From positions 1,922,001 through 1,986,000 of the forward strand of contig OX597837.1 of NCBI GenBank assembly GCA_951406725.2: a DNA stretch of 64,000 nucleotides. The letters run 5' to 3'. Both the position numbers and the translations under genes were made by a program. The stretch comes from Octopus vulgaris (taxonomy: Eukaryota). The notes below the pieces were generated by a model, which searched no databases, was not told the DNA's origin, and was given only the letters and a program-made list of their open reading frames with translations. Shown piece by piece: positions 13,608 to 27,165 of the stretch. Positions within the stretch are counted from its first letter, which is position 1. The number at the start of each line of letters is the position of its first letter.

Positions 13608-13978
13608 CACGGGCGAAATGCTAAGCGGTATTTCGTCTGCCGCAACGTTCCGTGTTCAAATTCCGCCGAGGTCGACTTTGCCTTTCATCCTTTCGGGGTC
13701 GATTAAATAAGTACCAGTTATGCACAGGGGTCGATATAATCTACTTAATCCGTTTGTCTGTCCTTGTTTGTCCCCTCTGTGTTTAGCCCCTTCTGGGTAG
13801 TAAAGAAATAGGTATTTCGCCTGTCTTTACGGTCTGAGTTCAAATTCTGCCGAGGTCGATTTTGCCTTTCATCCTTTCGGGGTCGATTAAATAAGTACCA
13901 GTTACGCACTGGGGTCGATTTAATCGACTTGCCCTCTCTCCCAAAATTTCGCCCCTTGAACCTAGATTAGAAAAGAAT
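13608..13978 (+). mobile_element. SINE family A, dimeric form
   Basis: Two gtcgactttgcctttcatcctttcggggtcgattaaataagtaccag-type units joined by the same linker as at 7749. Confidence 0.85.
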
Positions 13979-15776
13979 AATCGTATTATTTGAATATTGC
14001 ATATCTTAAGTCTTATTGATTATACCCTGTAGACATTCAGGTTTGAATTTCGTTGTTCAAGGAGAGGAGAGTTGCAAAATAGAATTAACTTTTGTAACCT
14101 CTCCGCATCTCTCTCGCTCTCTTCGTATTTCAGAGGCTATGTTGTGCATGGTGAAAATATTTGGTAATTCGTGGGTAGGTTATAGATTTAGCAACTGAGT
14201 GGATTACAAAAGATCGAGCGATTATCTTATAGAGCTTTTTGCTCCTTAGAGAATGTAGCGAGTATATATAATATAATGATGTACCTTTAAACACTCACAG
14301 CCGTGGTTACCTGGTAAACTTGGCAAATTTATTAACATTTTTACTCTACCAAGACTTTACATGCTCCACCTGCGGACATATCTGTCTCTCCAGAATCGGA
14401 CTTCACAGTCATCAGAGGTCACATGACTACAAATGAGGTTTGGGAAAAGTACACATCGCTTCATGATGTTCACGAAATAAATGATGATGATGATGATGAT
14501 GATGATAACACCACTCTCCTGAGTTCATCCACCAGGTCCACAACCACGTGACAACAGGGTACGTCCACATACCCGATTGGTCTCTGCAACATGCGTGAAG
14601 ATTAACCCTTCTCTTAGACCTCAGGACCTTAGACACAATACGTATATTAAATTTACTTAAATAATTAAATTAAATAGGAGTATCCGCGCATTAGTGTGAA
14701 TTAGAAAATTAGTGTAAGCTAAAAACGTTTAAAGAATTTTAAGTATTGTAAAAAGATTATCAGTTTCAGCCTACTAAAAATATTTTAGGGAGATGCAAAT
14801 ATATTTGTTGAGATTTATGGAATTAAACAAGTTTTACAGATTCAAGGATGTATAATTTAAGGACTTTAAAAGTACATGATATACTTGGAATGAAAATATA
14901 CCATTGGCTGCCAAAATAGCATAAAAGCTTCAAGTATTGGTAACTTAAGCCATTACAGTTGGGATTGTTGATACATGGAGTTGCATACTTGGCTTCAGTT
15001 TGTGTTTATCAGAAAATACGCGGGTAAGAAAAGAGAAATTAAGATTTACGAGGTAAAAGCTTATGGTGAATGTCGCCGGGTACGTTGGCGAGAAATGCTA
15101 GTGGGGGGGGAGATGGCGTTCGGAGAAATTTTAGCGGGTAACAGGGAGGAAGGTATATAGCGGAATTTAACTTATATGACTCTCTTCCAACATCCGAATA
15201 GACACATGTCATAAGTATAGCGCTGTTGTTAAGGAGCTCGCTTCACGACCACATCATGCCGAGTTCAGTATCACTTCGCGGTACCTCGGGCAAGTGTCTC
15301 CTACTATGGCCCCAGGCCAACCACTTATTTCTGAGTGAATTTGGGAGGTGGAGACCGTGTGGTAGACAGTCGCATATTACATATGTATATATATACATAT
15401 ATACATATATACACAGATAAACATATATATGCATATATATATATATACATACAAACATATATATATACATACATGCATGTATATAGACATATACATACAT
15501 ACACATACACATACATATATATACACATACATATACATACATATATATACACACATATATATATATATACATACATATACACATATACACACATATATAC
15601 GTATATACTTAGACATACATATATGTATATATATATGTATATATATATACGCACACACATATATATACGTATATAGTTACACGTACATATATGCATATAT
15701 ATATATATATACTCATACATATATACGTGCATATGCATATGTTCACACACAAACACATCATATATATATATATATA

Positions 15777-16036
15777 TATACAATATGTTACATTACTCGG
15801 TAGTCAAGATAAAACTCTGAGTTTCAGATGCCGAAGTGGAAATCCACAACACCATCTCTTCGGTTATCTGGCTAGCCAGATAACCGAAGAGATGGTGTTG
15901 TGGATTTCCACTTCGGCATCTGAAACTCAGAGTTTTATCTTGACTACCGAGTAATGTAACATATTGTATAGATAAATTTCCTCTATTTACATAATATTGA
16001 GGTCTCTTTCTTTCTTTTGTTATCTTACCGTTTTAT

Positions 16037-16040
<4 letters not shown>
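15777..16040. mobile_element. Penelope-like pseudo-LTR fragment with perfect inverted duplication
   Basis: 15777-15970 is a perfect spacerless palindrome centred on GCT|AGC (15873/15874). The right arm continues to 16040 and matches the reverse complement of ~55271-55436. Flanked by (TA)n. Confidence 0.75.
15878..15940 (+). ncRNA. Type I minimal hammerhead-ribozyme-like motif (mirror copy on - strand at 15807-15869)
   Basis: AGATAA [helix I] CCGAAGA [core, U4C variant] GATG...CATC [helix II, with one extra U before GAAA] GAAA CTC a GAG [helix III] UU TTATCT [helix I partner]; predicted cleavage triplet GUU. Confidence 0.55.
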
Positions 16041-16101
<61 letters not shown>

Positions 16102-17459
16102 CTTAACCGTTTCTGTGTGTGTGTTCGTATTTGTCCTCGTAACTTCATGGCTTGGCAAATGTCATCGATATATACCAAACTCAAAAATAAGTAATAGTGA
16201 CAATTTCTGCGACGAAGCCCTTGAAGACATCGCCCCATCATGGCTGCAGTCCAATGATTGAAGCAAGGAAAAAAATACATACATGCAAATATACATATGT
16301 ATATGCACACATACGCGCGTGCACACGCCCACCTGACTTTTAGTACATTACCCAAAGAATAACAAAATAAAATTGTACAGTTTTTCGAAAGTCAGGAGCG
16401 TTTTCACGATGAATATAAAGTGACAGATCGGGAGTGTTAGCAAATTATTAAACAGGATATAAACAGTTTATCATTTTTCGGAACAGAAATGCCATTACGT
16501 GATATAAAAAGACTTGGTATGTCGGCATCGATGGAGGAATGGGAAACAGCGGTAATGTCTTAAAACAAGCTAAACTTGGCAGAGGAATGTATGCTGCGCG
16601 TGGTTAAAGCATTTAGTTATTACAAGTAAAGGATTGACAATTGGGTGGAGTGTAAGAGAGTGAGCAATTAGATAAGAGCGATTTTTACTCTTTTCAGGAT
16701 GTAGCTAGTGTATAATTTAATAATATAGCTTAGACCAATCGCAGACGGTGCTAAATGATGGAATATTATGCCTGTTATATTGTAATTAACTGTTGAGCGA
16801 ATAGCAATTTTAAAAAGGAGAGAAGACAAGGGGTACTAAATATATCTGTCGACAGGTAGAGATTATTTCGGCACGTAGTTTAGTCAACTTGGAGTTAGAG
16901 AAACAGGATGAAATCATACTAATTAGTGACAATAAAACGAAAGCAACAGTGCTAAATTGTCTTTTTTGTTTTTCATTTATAGAGAGAATGGTTATACTTA
17001 GTTTAGAAATGAAAGAATGGTCTTAGAAGTACTACTAAATGCTTCAGGATACATTTAGCTATAATGGAACTAGAAACAAATTGGTGGATTCGTATATTGG
17101 TTTGGAAAATTGTCTGTTGTATATGCCTTTATCAAGTTATATGCTAAACTCAGTTTTCGTCAACACAGAATAATAGGAACCGAAGTATCTAATTTCTATG
17201 TAAGGTTATAGAAAAGTATATATAGTTTTGATTACAGGGGATCCATCAGAATCGAGGTTTATCAAAATTAAGCAATTCACGAATTGGCTAGACAGTTAAT
17301 TGATCCATTATCACAGCACAGAATAAGACATTGATGAACAGATGTTTACTATTGTTTGGTTAGCCGTTACTCCAATACTTTCCCAAAATAACTAGAACCA
17401 TTACCGTGGCGCACAAGCATGATTAAAACTCACGAAACAGTTACATTAAGTGTGTGTGT

Positions 17460-17566
<107 letters not shown>

Positions 17567-17706
17567 TGGCTGATACGTGCATACACGTAGAAAAACCTAG
17601 CACTGCTAACACAGTAGAATTATTGACTTATAAAAATAATATGCTTTATTGTATATTCTATTTGCATAACGAAATACCACACACCTACAAATCATTAATA
17701 TATATA

Positions 17707-17760
<54 letters not shown>

Positions 17761-17947
17761 ACATATATATATATATACATTACACACAAACGCACAAGCT
17801 AAAATCTATTCATCCGAAAGCAAACGTTAGGCACTAGCAGTATTTAGCAGAACTAAATGTTATGATTGCAATGACTCTTGTAGCAGAAACAACTGTGACC
17901 TTATGAAGTTCATAACAATTTTTTTATTCCTTAGTCATTTTAATTTC

Positions 17948-18006
<59 letters not shown>

Positions 18007-18669
18007 CGTCAGAAATCTCTGTGTTGATTCTCAACCAAGGTCCGTATAGTAAGAAGAGAAAAATGTAAGCAGGGAAATTGAACCATTTTAGCTTTCAGCA
18101 AATGGTAAATAGTAAATTGCATTAAGAATTGGGTAATCTCATTTCCTCTTTTATTCGTTACATGTGTGTGAGTGCCTGTACACACACACACAAATACATT
18201 CTTTCATACACAGAGGGTGGGACAGAGGGCGAGCAAAATGGGCGTCTAGTAGAATTAATGCGCCGGGTGCAGTTGGGTGTTTCTGGTGGACTGAGTGCAG
18301 TAAAGGAGTTTATGTGATTTTGAGGGCTTAACAGCACCAAGAGCGCTTAAGTGCATCGGGTAGATTTGTTGCAACGAGTGTGCCTAACCGCATTCCTTGG
18401 GCTTTAGCATCGTGTATTCGAGTATATATGTTTAATAGAGAGGTGGTAGATTGGTGCATCTTACCATAGCATAGCAGTTATGATGAAAGATAACTGAGCG
18501 GATGTGATGAAATGAGAGTAGAGAAACTGCATCAGAGACAACTGCATCAAAGAATATCGGAAAGAGAGATGTTTGGAAGACATTGAGGAGAGATGCTGAA
18601 GAGAATTTCGCTGATGGCTAGGAAAGTGTGAGCAAAATCACCGGGAGAGTCGTAAAAGACATATTAATC

Positions 18670-18820
18670 TTTAACCAGTTTCAGTCAATAGACTGCGCCC
18701 ATGCTAGAACACTACCTTGAATAATTTTCAGTTGAATGACTCGACCCCACTACGTTTTTAAAGCTTGATACTTTACCCATTGTTTCTTTTACCGAACCCC
18801 GCTCTCTCTCGCTCTCGCTC

Positions 18821-18880
<60 letters not shown>

Positions 18881-19038
18881 CAAGCTTCTTTCAGTTTCCA
18901 CCTATCAAATCCACTCACAAAGCTTTGGTCGGTCAGAGGCTACAGGGAAAGGCACTTGTCCAAGATTCCATGCAGTGATATTGAAACCCATATCATGTCG
19001 TTAGGAAGCAAGCTTCTTACCACACAACCACGCTTGCC
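18670..19038 (-). mobile_element. SINE family B
   Basis: gcttctttcagtttccacctatcaaatccactcacaaagctttggtcgg...ggaagcaagcttcttaccacac. Confidence 0.75.
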
Positions 19039-19525
19039 TCTCTATATGTGTGTGTGTTTGTGTGTGTGTGTGATTGGCGTAGCATCCGTCTGTCAAAAGT
19101 AAAAGGGTTTGTTTCAGCCACTTTTCAGTAATGTCTAAAGTTGTGCTTCAAACAATGTGAGAGAGTCAGAGAGAAAACTGAAGAAGAATGAGTGGAGATT
19201 AAAAGTGGCAAGAATAACTGAATAGGAATTGAAGAACGAAGAAAACGTTTGTATGATTTCGTTAAAATGTTCCGAAAGGGGGCAGAAATTAACCCCGTCA
19301 TATCATATAGATTACGCTAATACATAGAAATGTATTTAAACACACGCATGTGCTGTTTGCTAACATCATGAAGTATAAAGTATTACTCTGAAGAACTGAT
19401 GTGAATCTGCATCAAATGTATTACGAACATACACTGCTGGGCATAAGGTGGAAATAGCCACAACGGTGAAACGTACGAAGGTAGCAAATATGATAAACAC
19501 GATTTGGTTTATACCGTTCTTCCAA

Positions 19526-19585
<60 letters not shown>

Positions 19586-20971
19586 ACCTGCTTCTCTCAC
19601 AGGTATTTTGGGGAGATACAGGCTCTCACAGTAATTCTCTCTCAGTGTATCCTATTCATTCTCTGTTATTTGTTGTTATTTCAACAACCGATATCTGCTA
19701 GAAATAGCAACTTAGTCTTCCACTAATTACTTTAGGGTTTTAATAAAAAGGGACACTTGATAATACACTACTTAACACTCCTAAAATGATATTTTGGTCA
19801 GTAACAGCTGCAGTATCTTTTATAAAAATCCTGGTGAATCTTATTTGACCTGGTGTTAAAATAAAACAACAACAAAAGCTGAACATCGATTTAGTCGAAT
19901 ATTGCACATACAGCAATGAGCAGACATTTTGTCCAGTTTGTTTCCTGTTGCAGCAGATCAGCGATGCGTCCAATGGCAAAACGCGCTTAGCTCTCAATAG
20001 TTTGTATAAAGCACAGCGCTTGTGTATAGCGTGACCACAATGTGGAACTACTCACTGCTGTAGCACAGCAGCGGAAGTGATATCAAATAGACAGGGTGCT
20101 TCCGCTTGCTTGCGAATTTTTCTCGATGAAAAGAAGCGTTAATAAAACTGGCATCTTATTAATTCTATCACAACCACAACAATTTAGATGGTGGTTATTT
20201 ACATAGCAGCAATAGATTGAGGGGTGGGAATAAAGAAGCCGATTGAGAAGAATCAAAAAATATATATCGTGTAACGTGTTCGAAGGTTTATGATGCTGGA
20301 GATGCAATAATAATAAAAATTGTGTAAAAAATGGATGTCATATGGTAAATGAAAGAATGAAGGAATGCGAGAATAAATGAATATCTCGAACGAGTTTAGA
20401 ATAAATTTCAAATGAAATATGTAGGTTGTGTGTGTGTGATTATAAGGGATGATGTGAACAATACACACACGCATGTTATATATATGTCACTGAATATGAC
20501 TAGGTTGGTAAGATATTGCACATGGCTGACTATATTAATTTTATATATCATATACGTACGTACGTGGATACATATATACATGCATGCATAAATCCATATA
20601 TAGTAAACGAATCTCGCTACTGGGCGAGTGGGCAGAAGATATCTTCCGGCCCGATAGTTCCTGACCCTCTAAAGCATCCGGGCCCGCCCAGATAGTGACT
20701 CCTGGGTGTCCTTATGCTGTTTATATATTATTGTTTTTAACTGAGAGAAAGTCAGAAAAGAAACAAAATGACTCTCAACGGCCCAGAGTTTCGTCCACAG
20801 CACTTACCCTCTTTTATTAGTGCCATGCACGCAACCGTGTCGTCACCTGTTTACATTTCCAACTTTCCGTTCTTTAAGAATTATAAAAATCACTTGATGT
20901 ACTTTTATGTTGATTGTATTTATTCCCTTTCTTCCAAATTTAACTGTGTGTGTATATTATTGTATGTGTGT

Positions 20972-21023
<52 letters not shown>

Positions 21024-22351
21024 ATAATTATCAAATTAACTTATATTTTCACTGTAAATGACAATTAAACTAAGTATAAACAATCCTGTGTAATTTGCTA
21101 AGTGGACACGCAGTAAGCGGTGGTATAGGGTTCAAATCTGGCCAGTAGGTCTATTGCTCGCTAGGAATGACTTACAACCAGAGCAGTGATCGAATTAGAT
21201 TTCGGCGTTTAATTATATGTCTATGTGGCCCGAGAGCGAATCCTTCGCAAGTGGAAACTGTCTCCCTCTATTTCAAGGTTTACAACGCAAGACATCTGTC
21301 CGGTATTGGAATTGCTGTAATTAAATACATCGATGAAGAAATTAGCTATATTGATCAAGTCGGCGCTTCATTATAATGACTTAGACTTGTCAAAGTAAAA
21401 CAGGTTATACATACATACATACACACCTACATACATGTCTAGATATACAATTATATGCATGAGAATACGTACATAAAATAAAACATACAAATCTGCGCAC
21501 ATACATACATAGGTACATACATACCCTGTTGTTGAAATTCCAATAAAGGAGCCTTGGATGTAGGTTAGAAACAGGCTCTTTTGCTATTGGCAAGAAACCT
21601 TGAAATAAAACTGAATGATGACATACATGCATACATACATGTGACAAATAATGATAAACACAAGCTTATATTATAGTTCTTACGCTCATTTCACCATTAC
21701 GGTTGTTCGAAGCCCTGCAATTATTGTTCGAAGTGCATTTACATGCTCAACTATGCATTGACAGGGGAACACTTTCTTTGTTAATTTACTGAAAACTAGA
21801 GACGAACAGCATTCCTCCATGTTTACACTAATATATTTTAACATGAAACCAATGGTAGCCATAATACACAAGTAAAGATATTTTATCCACCAATGCCGTA
21901 TTAATCACTCATTCTCATTATTCAACATTTACTCGCTATGTTGCATATGGCAAGTCTACGGTCGTCAGTTGTAATCAAGGCCGCTTTAGTTCCAGCATAT
22001 ACCATGATATAGCTGATGATTTTAGGCAGCCATAGAGTAACGAAAAATCAATCGAATTATTCGACTCTTAACCATTCTATAACAGTTTTTGAATTTCTCT
22101 CAATGTCAGCTAATTTCCATTAATTATTTTAAATATTCAAGTTATCTTTGAAATCTGGGCATGTAAAACTCAGAGTTTTAGTGGTTTGGCTTCCAGTAAA
22201 CTTTTCGTTCCTTCTTTTCCAAGACTGCAATATTTGTATCCATTTCGTTACACATACACACACACGCACACACACACACACAAACTGATATATACACACT
22301 CACACACAATATATATATATATATACATGCATACACAGACATGAGGAGGGA

Positions 22352-22556
22352 GGTGCTGAAAAGTTCCTGGCTTTGGGTAGCAAAAAATACAAGAGGATCA
22401 GTTAATTATGATTTTATTCACCATATTCCCCTCTCAGATTCACTCACTTACTGCAACGGTCCTTCAATTTTTCTAAGCCCTATAAATGAACTCGGAAAGT
22501 TGGACCTCTGACCAGGCCTTTCGCGATACTCTTAAAGCCAAGAACTTTTCAGCATC
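22352..22556 (-). mobile_element. Mariner-derived MITE in fasciclin intron B-C
   Basis: Inverted termini gtgctgaaaagttcctggcttt / aaagccaagaacttttcagcat. The internal minus strand encodes a mariner C-terminal remnant GLEKLKDRCSK*VNLRGEYGE*. Confidence 0.8.
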
Positions 22557-22638
<82 letters not shown>

Positions 22639-22685
22639 TATCGTTTATACTGGTCACTTACTCTTTTTTCCATTTTCTCTTCCAG

Positions 22686-23110
22686 GCACCTACCTTGTTT
22701 GGAAAGGAATCCAAGCCCGAATTATCAAAGCGAATATCCTGGCCTCGAACGGCATCATTCACGTTGTGGAGCGCTTTTTGCTAATGAATGACAAAGAGCG
22801 ATCCGCATCGCATTCCTCGACGAATGCTGCCCGAGCACGGACTCTACACACGATCCCACCCCGCCTGCACACGACGCCGGTGGAGTTCGTCATACCACGG
22901 CATCACAAGGGACTGCCAGAGTCACACTCCAGGCCGGTATTCGCCACACCCCGGATCACCACGCCCAGACTGGCCGGCGGACATTCAGAATACGCAATCA
23001 CATCATCGGCGCACAGACCTCACGCCGCCAGATCGATGAACGGACGTTTAGTATTAACTGTAATGTTGTTGTTGTTGCTAGTATTCACCAATAGATGGCA
23101 GCAAACGTAG
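22686..23110 (+). CDS. Fasciclin gene terminal coding exon C (FAS1 H2 motif, S/T/P/H-rich stalk, hydrophobic GPI-signal-like tail)
   Basis: Acceptor ttttttccattttctcttccag, phase 1 start. Translates (G)TYLVWKGIQARIIKANILASNGIIHVVERFLL...SSAHRPHAARSMNGRLVLTVMLLLLLVFTNRWQQT*; ANILASNGIIHVVERFL is the FAS1 H2 motif. GC-rich relative to flanks; TAG ends at 23110. Confidence 0.92.
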
Positions 23111-23189
23111 CCATACTATTATATCCTCGCTCCCCCCCCCTACAATACCCACCACCTCTACCCAGTAATATCCCCCCTCCTCCCGTAAT

Positions 23190-23195
23190 AATAAA
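23190..23195 (+). promoter_or_regulatory. Candidate proximal polyadenylation signal of the fasciclin gene
   Basis: AATAAA about 80 nt after the stop codon. The sequence is AT-rich, so a longer 3' UTR is equally possible. Confidence 0.3.
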
Positions 23196-23293
23196 GAACA
23201 GAAAAACTAAAAGAAAGCAACAACAACAAATATAACAAAAACAGTGTTATCTTCAAATTTTGTAAATGGTTTTACTACTACTACTACTATTAC

Positions 23294-23331
<38 letters not shown>

Positions 23332-23339
23332 GTGATCGA

Positions 23340-23378
23340 TTGACAGAATAATTTAAAGCGTCGGAAAAATACCTCACG

Positions 23379-23453
<75 letters not shown>

Positions 23454-23739
23454 TTCGGCTACCTTCGTTCTGTGTTTAAATCCCGCTGAGGTCTACTTTG
23501 CCTTTCATTCCTCCGTGGTAGAGAAAATAAAGTACCAGTCATGCACTGGGGGGTGGACAGCACCGACTTGCCCACCCGTTCCCTCAAAATCCTGGCCTTG
23601 TGCCTAAACCAGAAACCATGATTATTAATTATTATTATTGATTATTATTATTATTATTATTATCATTATTATTATTATTATTAACTGTTACTATGTTAAT
23701 TACTACTGAAAAATACTATTACTATTATTACTACTGTTT

Positions 23740-23775
<36 letters not shown>

Positions 23776-24240
23776 TTACTAGTATAACTATTACAAATGT
23801 TTTTTAATACAATTTATAATGTACTGGCAGAATCGGTAGAGCATCGGATAAAAAAGAAAACCCTGCGGCATTAAGCTATCTTTTTCATTTCTTTTTTTTT
23901 TAATCTGACTTATAAGTTCGAACCCTGCCGTGGTCAACTTTGCCTTTCGCCCTCCTGGGGATCGATCAAATAAAGTACCAGCAAAGTACGTTAGTGACGA
24001 CTTCATATCCAACACCGTCGCCCATTGTATCCCTGTATCCCTTTACGTGTGTTGTTGTTGTTGTTGTGTCCATGGTAGTAACGGCGGTGGATGAGCAGAA
24101 CTGGTAGAGCGCCGGACAAAATGCCCTGCGTCTATTTAGTTGTGTTCGTTAACGTTCTGAGATCAAATCCTAACGAGGTCTACCTTTTTGCCTTTCAAGC
24201 CTCCGGCCGCCGGGGGTCTGTAGAACATTGAAAAAGTTAT
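23340..24240 (+). mobile_element. Cluster of three degenerate SINE A copies with (ATT)n/(ACT)n tracts downstream of the fasciclin stop
   Basis: Repeated ctttgcctttc...aaagtaccag-like motifs at ~23495, ~23940 and ~24185. Confidence 0.65.
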
Positions 24241-26622
24241 AAAAGCAAGTACCTATAACCTACTCGGCGATTTAACCAACAACACCCACACACACACACA
24301 TACACATCTACATGTTGAAATTCATGGCTTTCGACCATTAGATTTATATAAACCTATATTATCCTAATTATTAGAGGGTGCTGAAGTGGCAGATAGGATA
24401 CAGCAAGCTGACTGAGTGTCTTTCCTGACTGATTTTAGGTTCCTTAAAGTGTTATTCAGTGTTTAAAGTTTCCGAGTGCTGACAGTACGGAAACCATAGC
24501 AGTTGCCTCCCATCTTCCAAGGCTCGATATTAATGAGTACCAGTTATATACTGACAGATGAAGAGGAGGAAAAGAACGACAATGGGGCGGGGCAATATCA
24601 TTTAAAAATAGAATTATAAACTCTTTCTCCAAATATTTATGAACGTTTTGTGCCAATGTTTGATATATATATATATATGAAGTGCGCACGCATGCGCATT
24701 AAAGAATGTGAACTCGCAAACTTTGTGGAGCGCCGGACTAAATTATTTACTGTTATTAGTCTTGTTATTTTTTACCTTCTTAAAGTTCAAATTCTGCCGA
24801 CGTTGGCTGATATTTTGCAAAATTCACTCCGGTGTCGTTGAAATATATCTATTAGAATATATTTGATGTTGCCTTCTCGACCGCCACGAATTCTATTTTG
24901 AAGAGAATAAAAAATGATAATGATACGGCCCTTACTTTGAGCTCAAGATCTCGTCACACTGAAAGCAAAGGGTTTTGTCCGATTTGGCACACATTTTAAG
25001 CCAACGTCACAACAGTATTAGCTGAGATCTGTAACTAAACGAATACTCTTTGTATTTATTCTTGACTCGCCATCAGATCTGGCAAAGAACAAAGAAACAA
25101 ATTTAACTCCTCCTCTGAACTATATAAATTGCTGTCATTAAATATCACAGATTATTTCTCATAGACATTCCTACCGTGTCCGCCTGCCTTAGCCAATGTT
25201 ATCTACTTCCTCTTTTTTTTTTTTTACTTAATATCAATAATAATAATAATAATGATTCATCAATACGTCTTGACCGGTGGAGAGTTCGATTATTTAGAAA
25301 TTATTTAGAAACAGTTACGAGACGAGATAAAGTCGTTTGATTAGTCAAAGTACCAGTTATGCATTCGGGAGCTAATCTGATTCATGCATCATTCGAAATG
25401 GCAAGCCTTATCTATATCGGAAGCAACTCTTATTCGGTGGTTTAGTAGAGTAGTTGGATTATTCCGGATCATTACGTCCTGAGTTCAAATTTCACTGTAG
25501 TCGACTTTTCTTTAGGGGAATTGATAAAATAAATCAGCAGTTAATTGCTAAGATTGATTTAATTAAACAAACCTGAAACTTAGAATCGAGAGAGTGGGTT
25601 GGTATGTGTTCTGAAATCAAATCCACTCAAAGTAAACTTTGCCTTCCATCAAATGTAACTCGATAGAACATTGCAACAGTCAACCACTTGTTCAATTTTA
25701 TTGTCTCATCTCTCCTGAGTTAGTGACCAAATATCTATGACTGAAATAATGATTATCAGATGACAGGTTGGCAGAATCGTTAGGGTATTCAAATCCTATT
25801 GAAGTCAACTCTTTATTCCAGGTTCCATTTAAATAGTGGAGGCGATATACTCGATTGCTCCATCACTTTGTGTTACCAAAGTTTTCTGCTGTGCTCGACA
25901 AGGTCACTTATCTGAAGGGTGATAAAGTCTTGTTAACAAGTAGACTTCGTCCCTGCATGAAAAATATAGGGCATGGTGCGTATTCGAGAAATCTTTGTTG
26001 TTACTATTAAGAAAGCGAAGGAAAGAATGAACAGTAAAATGAGGTTAGGAATAGAGAAGGAAGAGGCAAATAAAAAGAAAGAGGGTACTTAATACCTAGC
26101 AACATTTCCGTCATGCTTTTTTCCAAATCCGCACCATGGTAGATTTTAACTTCAATTCTCATTCCAGACTGATAATAATATTGTGAAGATTATACAGAGA
26201 TCTTGTAAAATTCATTATAATTTATCCGGATCTATAAATCTAAGGATGTGTATCAAGATTTAAACTAATCCTAATTCCAGTTGTTCAATATAATTGATAC
26301 AAATGAAACCAAGATTTGATGATTTCAGGACCGAAACTACCTTGTGATTTTTTTTATCAGGTTAGACATCCATTTTCTATTCTGTTCAGGGCAAGGACTT
26401 CGATGAATCGAGGGAACATTATATTCTACAAGCGTTCAATGTGAGTATCATATACTTATAAAAGAACCGCCAATATCTATACAGAATTATCATATATAGA
26501 TATGGGGGGGGGGGGGAAACGAGGAGTATGGTGACATTGAGGCTGTAAACAAAAGAAAATTCGGAGTAATTGCAAACAAATCCAGTTTCTCTTCTCCTTC
26601 GATTACTATTCCCCAATAGAGA

Positions 26623-26667
<45 letters not shown>

Positions 26668-26867
26668 AGCGGTGACCCAGCAGAATTGTTAGCACACGGG
26701 GCAAAATGCGCATCGGCATTTCGTCAGTCTTTGTTCTGAGTTCAAATTCCGCCGAGGTCCTCTTTTTTTGTCATCCTTTCGGGGTCGACGAAATAAGTAC
26801 CTGCTGAGCACTGGGGTCGATGAGATCGACTACCACCCCCCTCCCCCTCACCAAAATCTGAGAAAGA

Positions 26868-26926
<59 letters not shown>

Positions 26927-27165
26927 GTGAAAGGCAGCGCACTGGCAAAATTGTTTAAACGGTGGTAATCTGGTAGAATCGTTTGGATGCTCGACAAAAT
27001 GCTTAGCGACATTGCATCCGTGATTACATTCTGAGTTCAAATTCCGCCGGGGTTGTTTATACCTTCTATCCTTTCGGGGTCCATAAAATAAGTACCAATT
27101 GGATCGATGTACTCGACTATACCATTTCCCCTAAAGTTGCTGGTTGTGTGCCAAAATTTGAAACT
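26668..27165 (+). mobile_element. Two tandem SINE A copies separated by (ATT)n
   Basis: ttctgagttcaaattccgccg...tcctttcggggtc motif at ~26735 and ~27030. Confidence 0.8.

Larger units (their letters stand above)
15221..16270 (+). mobile_element. SINE family B split by TA-repeat expansion and the PLE palindrome
   Basis: 5' half 15221-15375 (ccacatcatgccgagttcag...cctcgggcaagtgtctcctactat); 3' half ~16110-16270 (catggctgcagtccaatgattgaagcaag). Confidence 0.6.
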
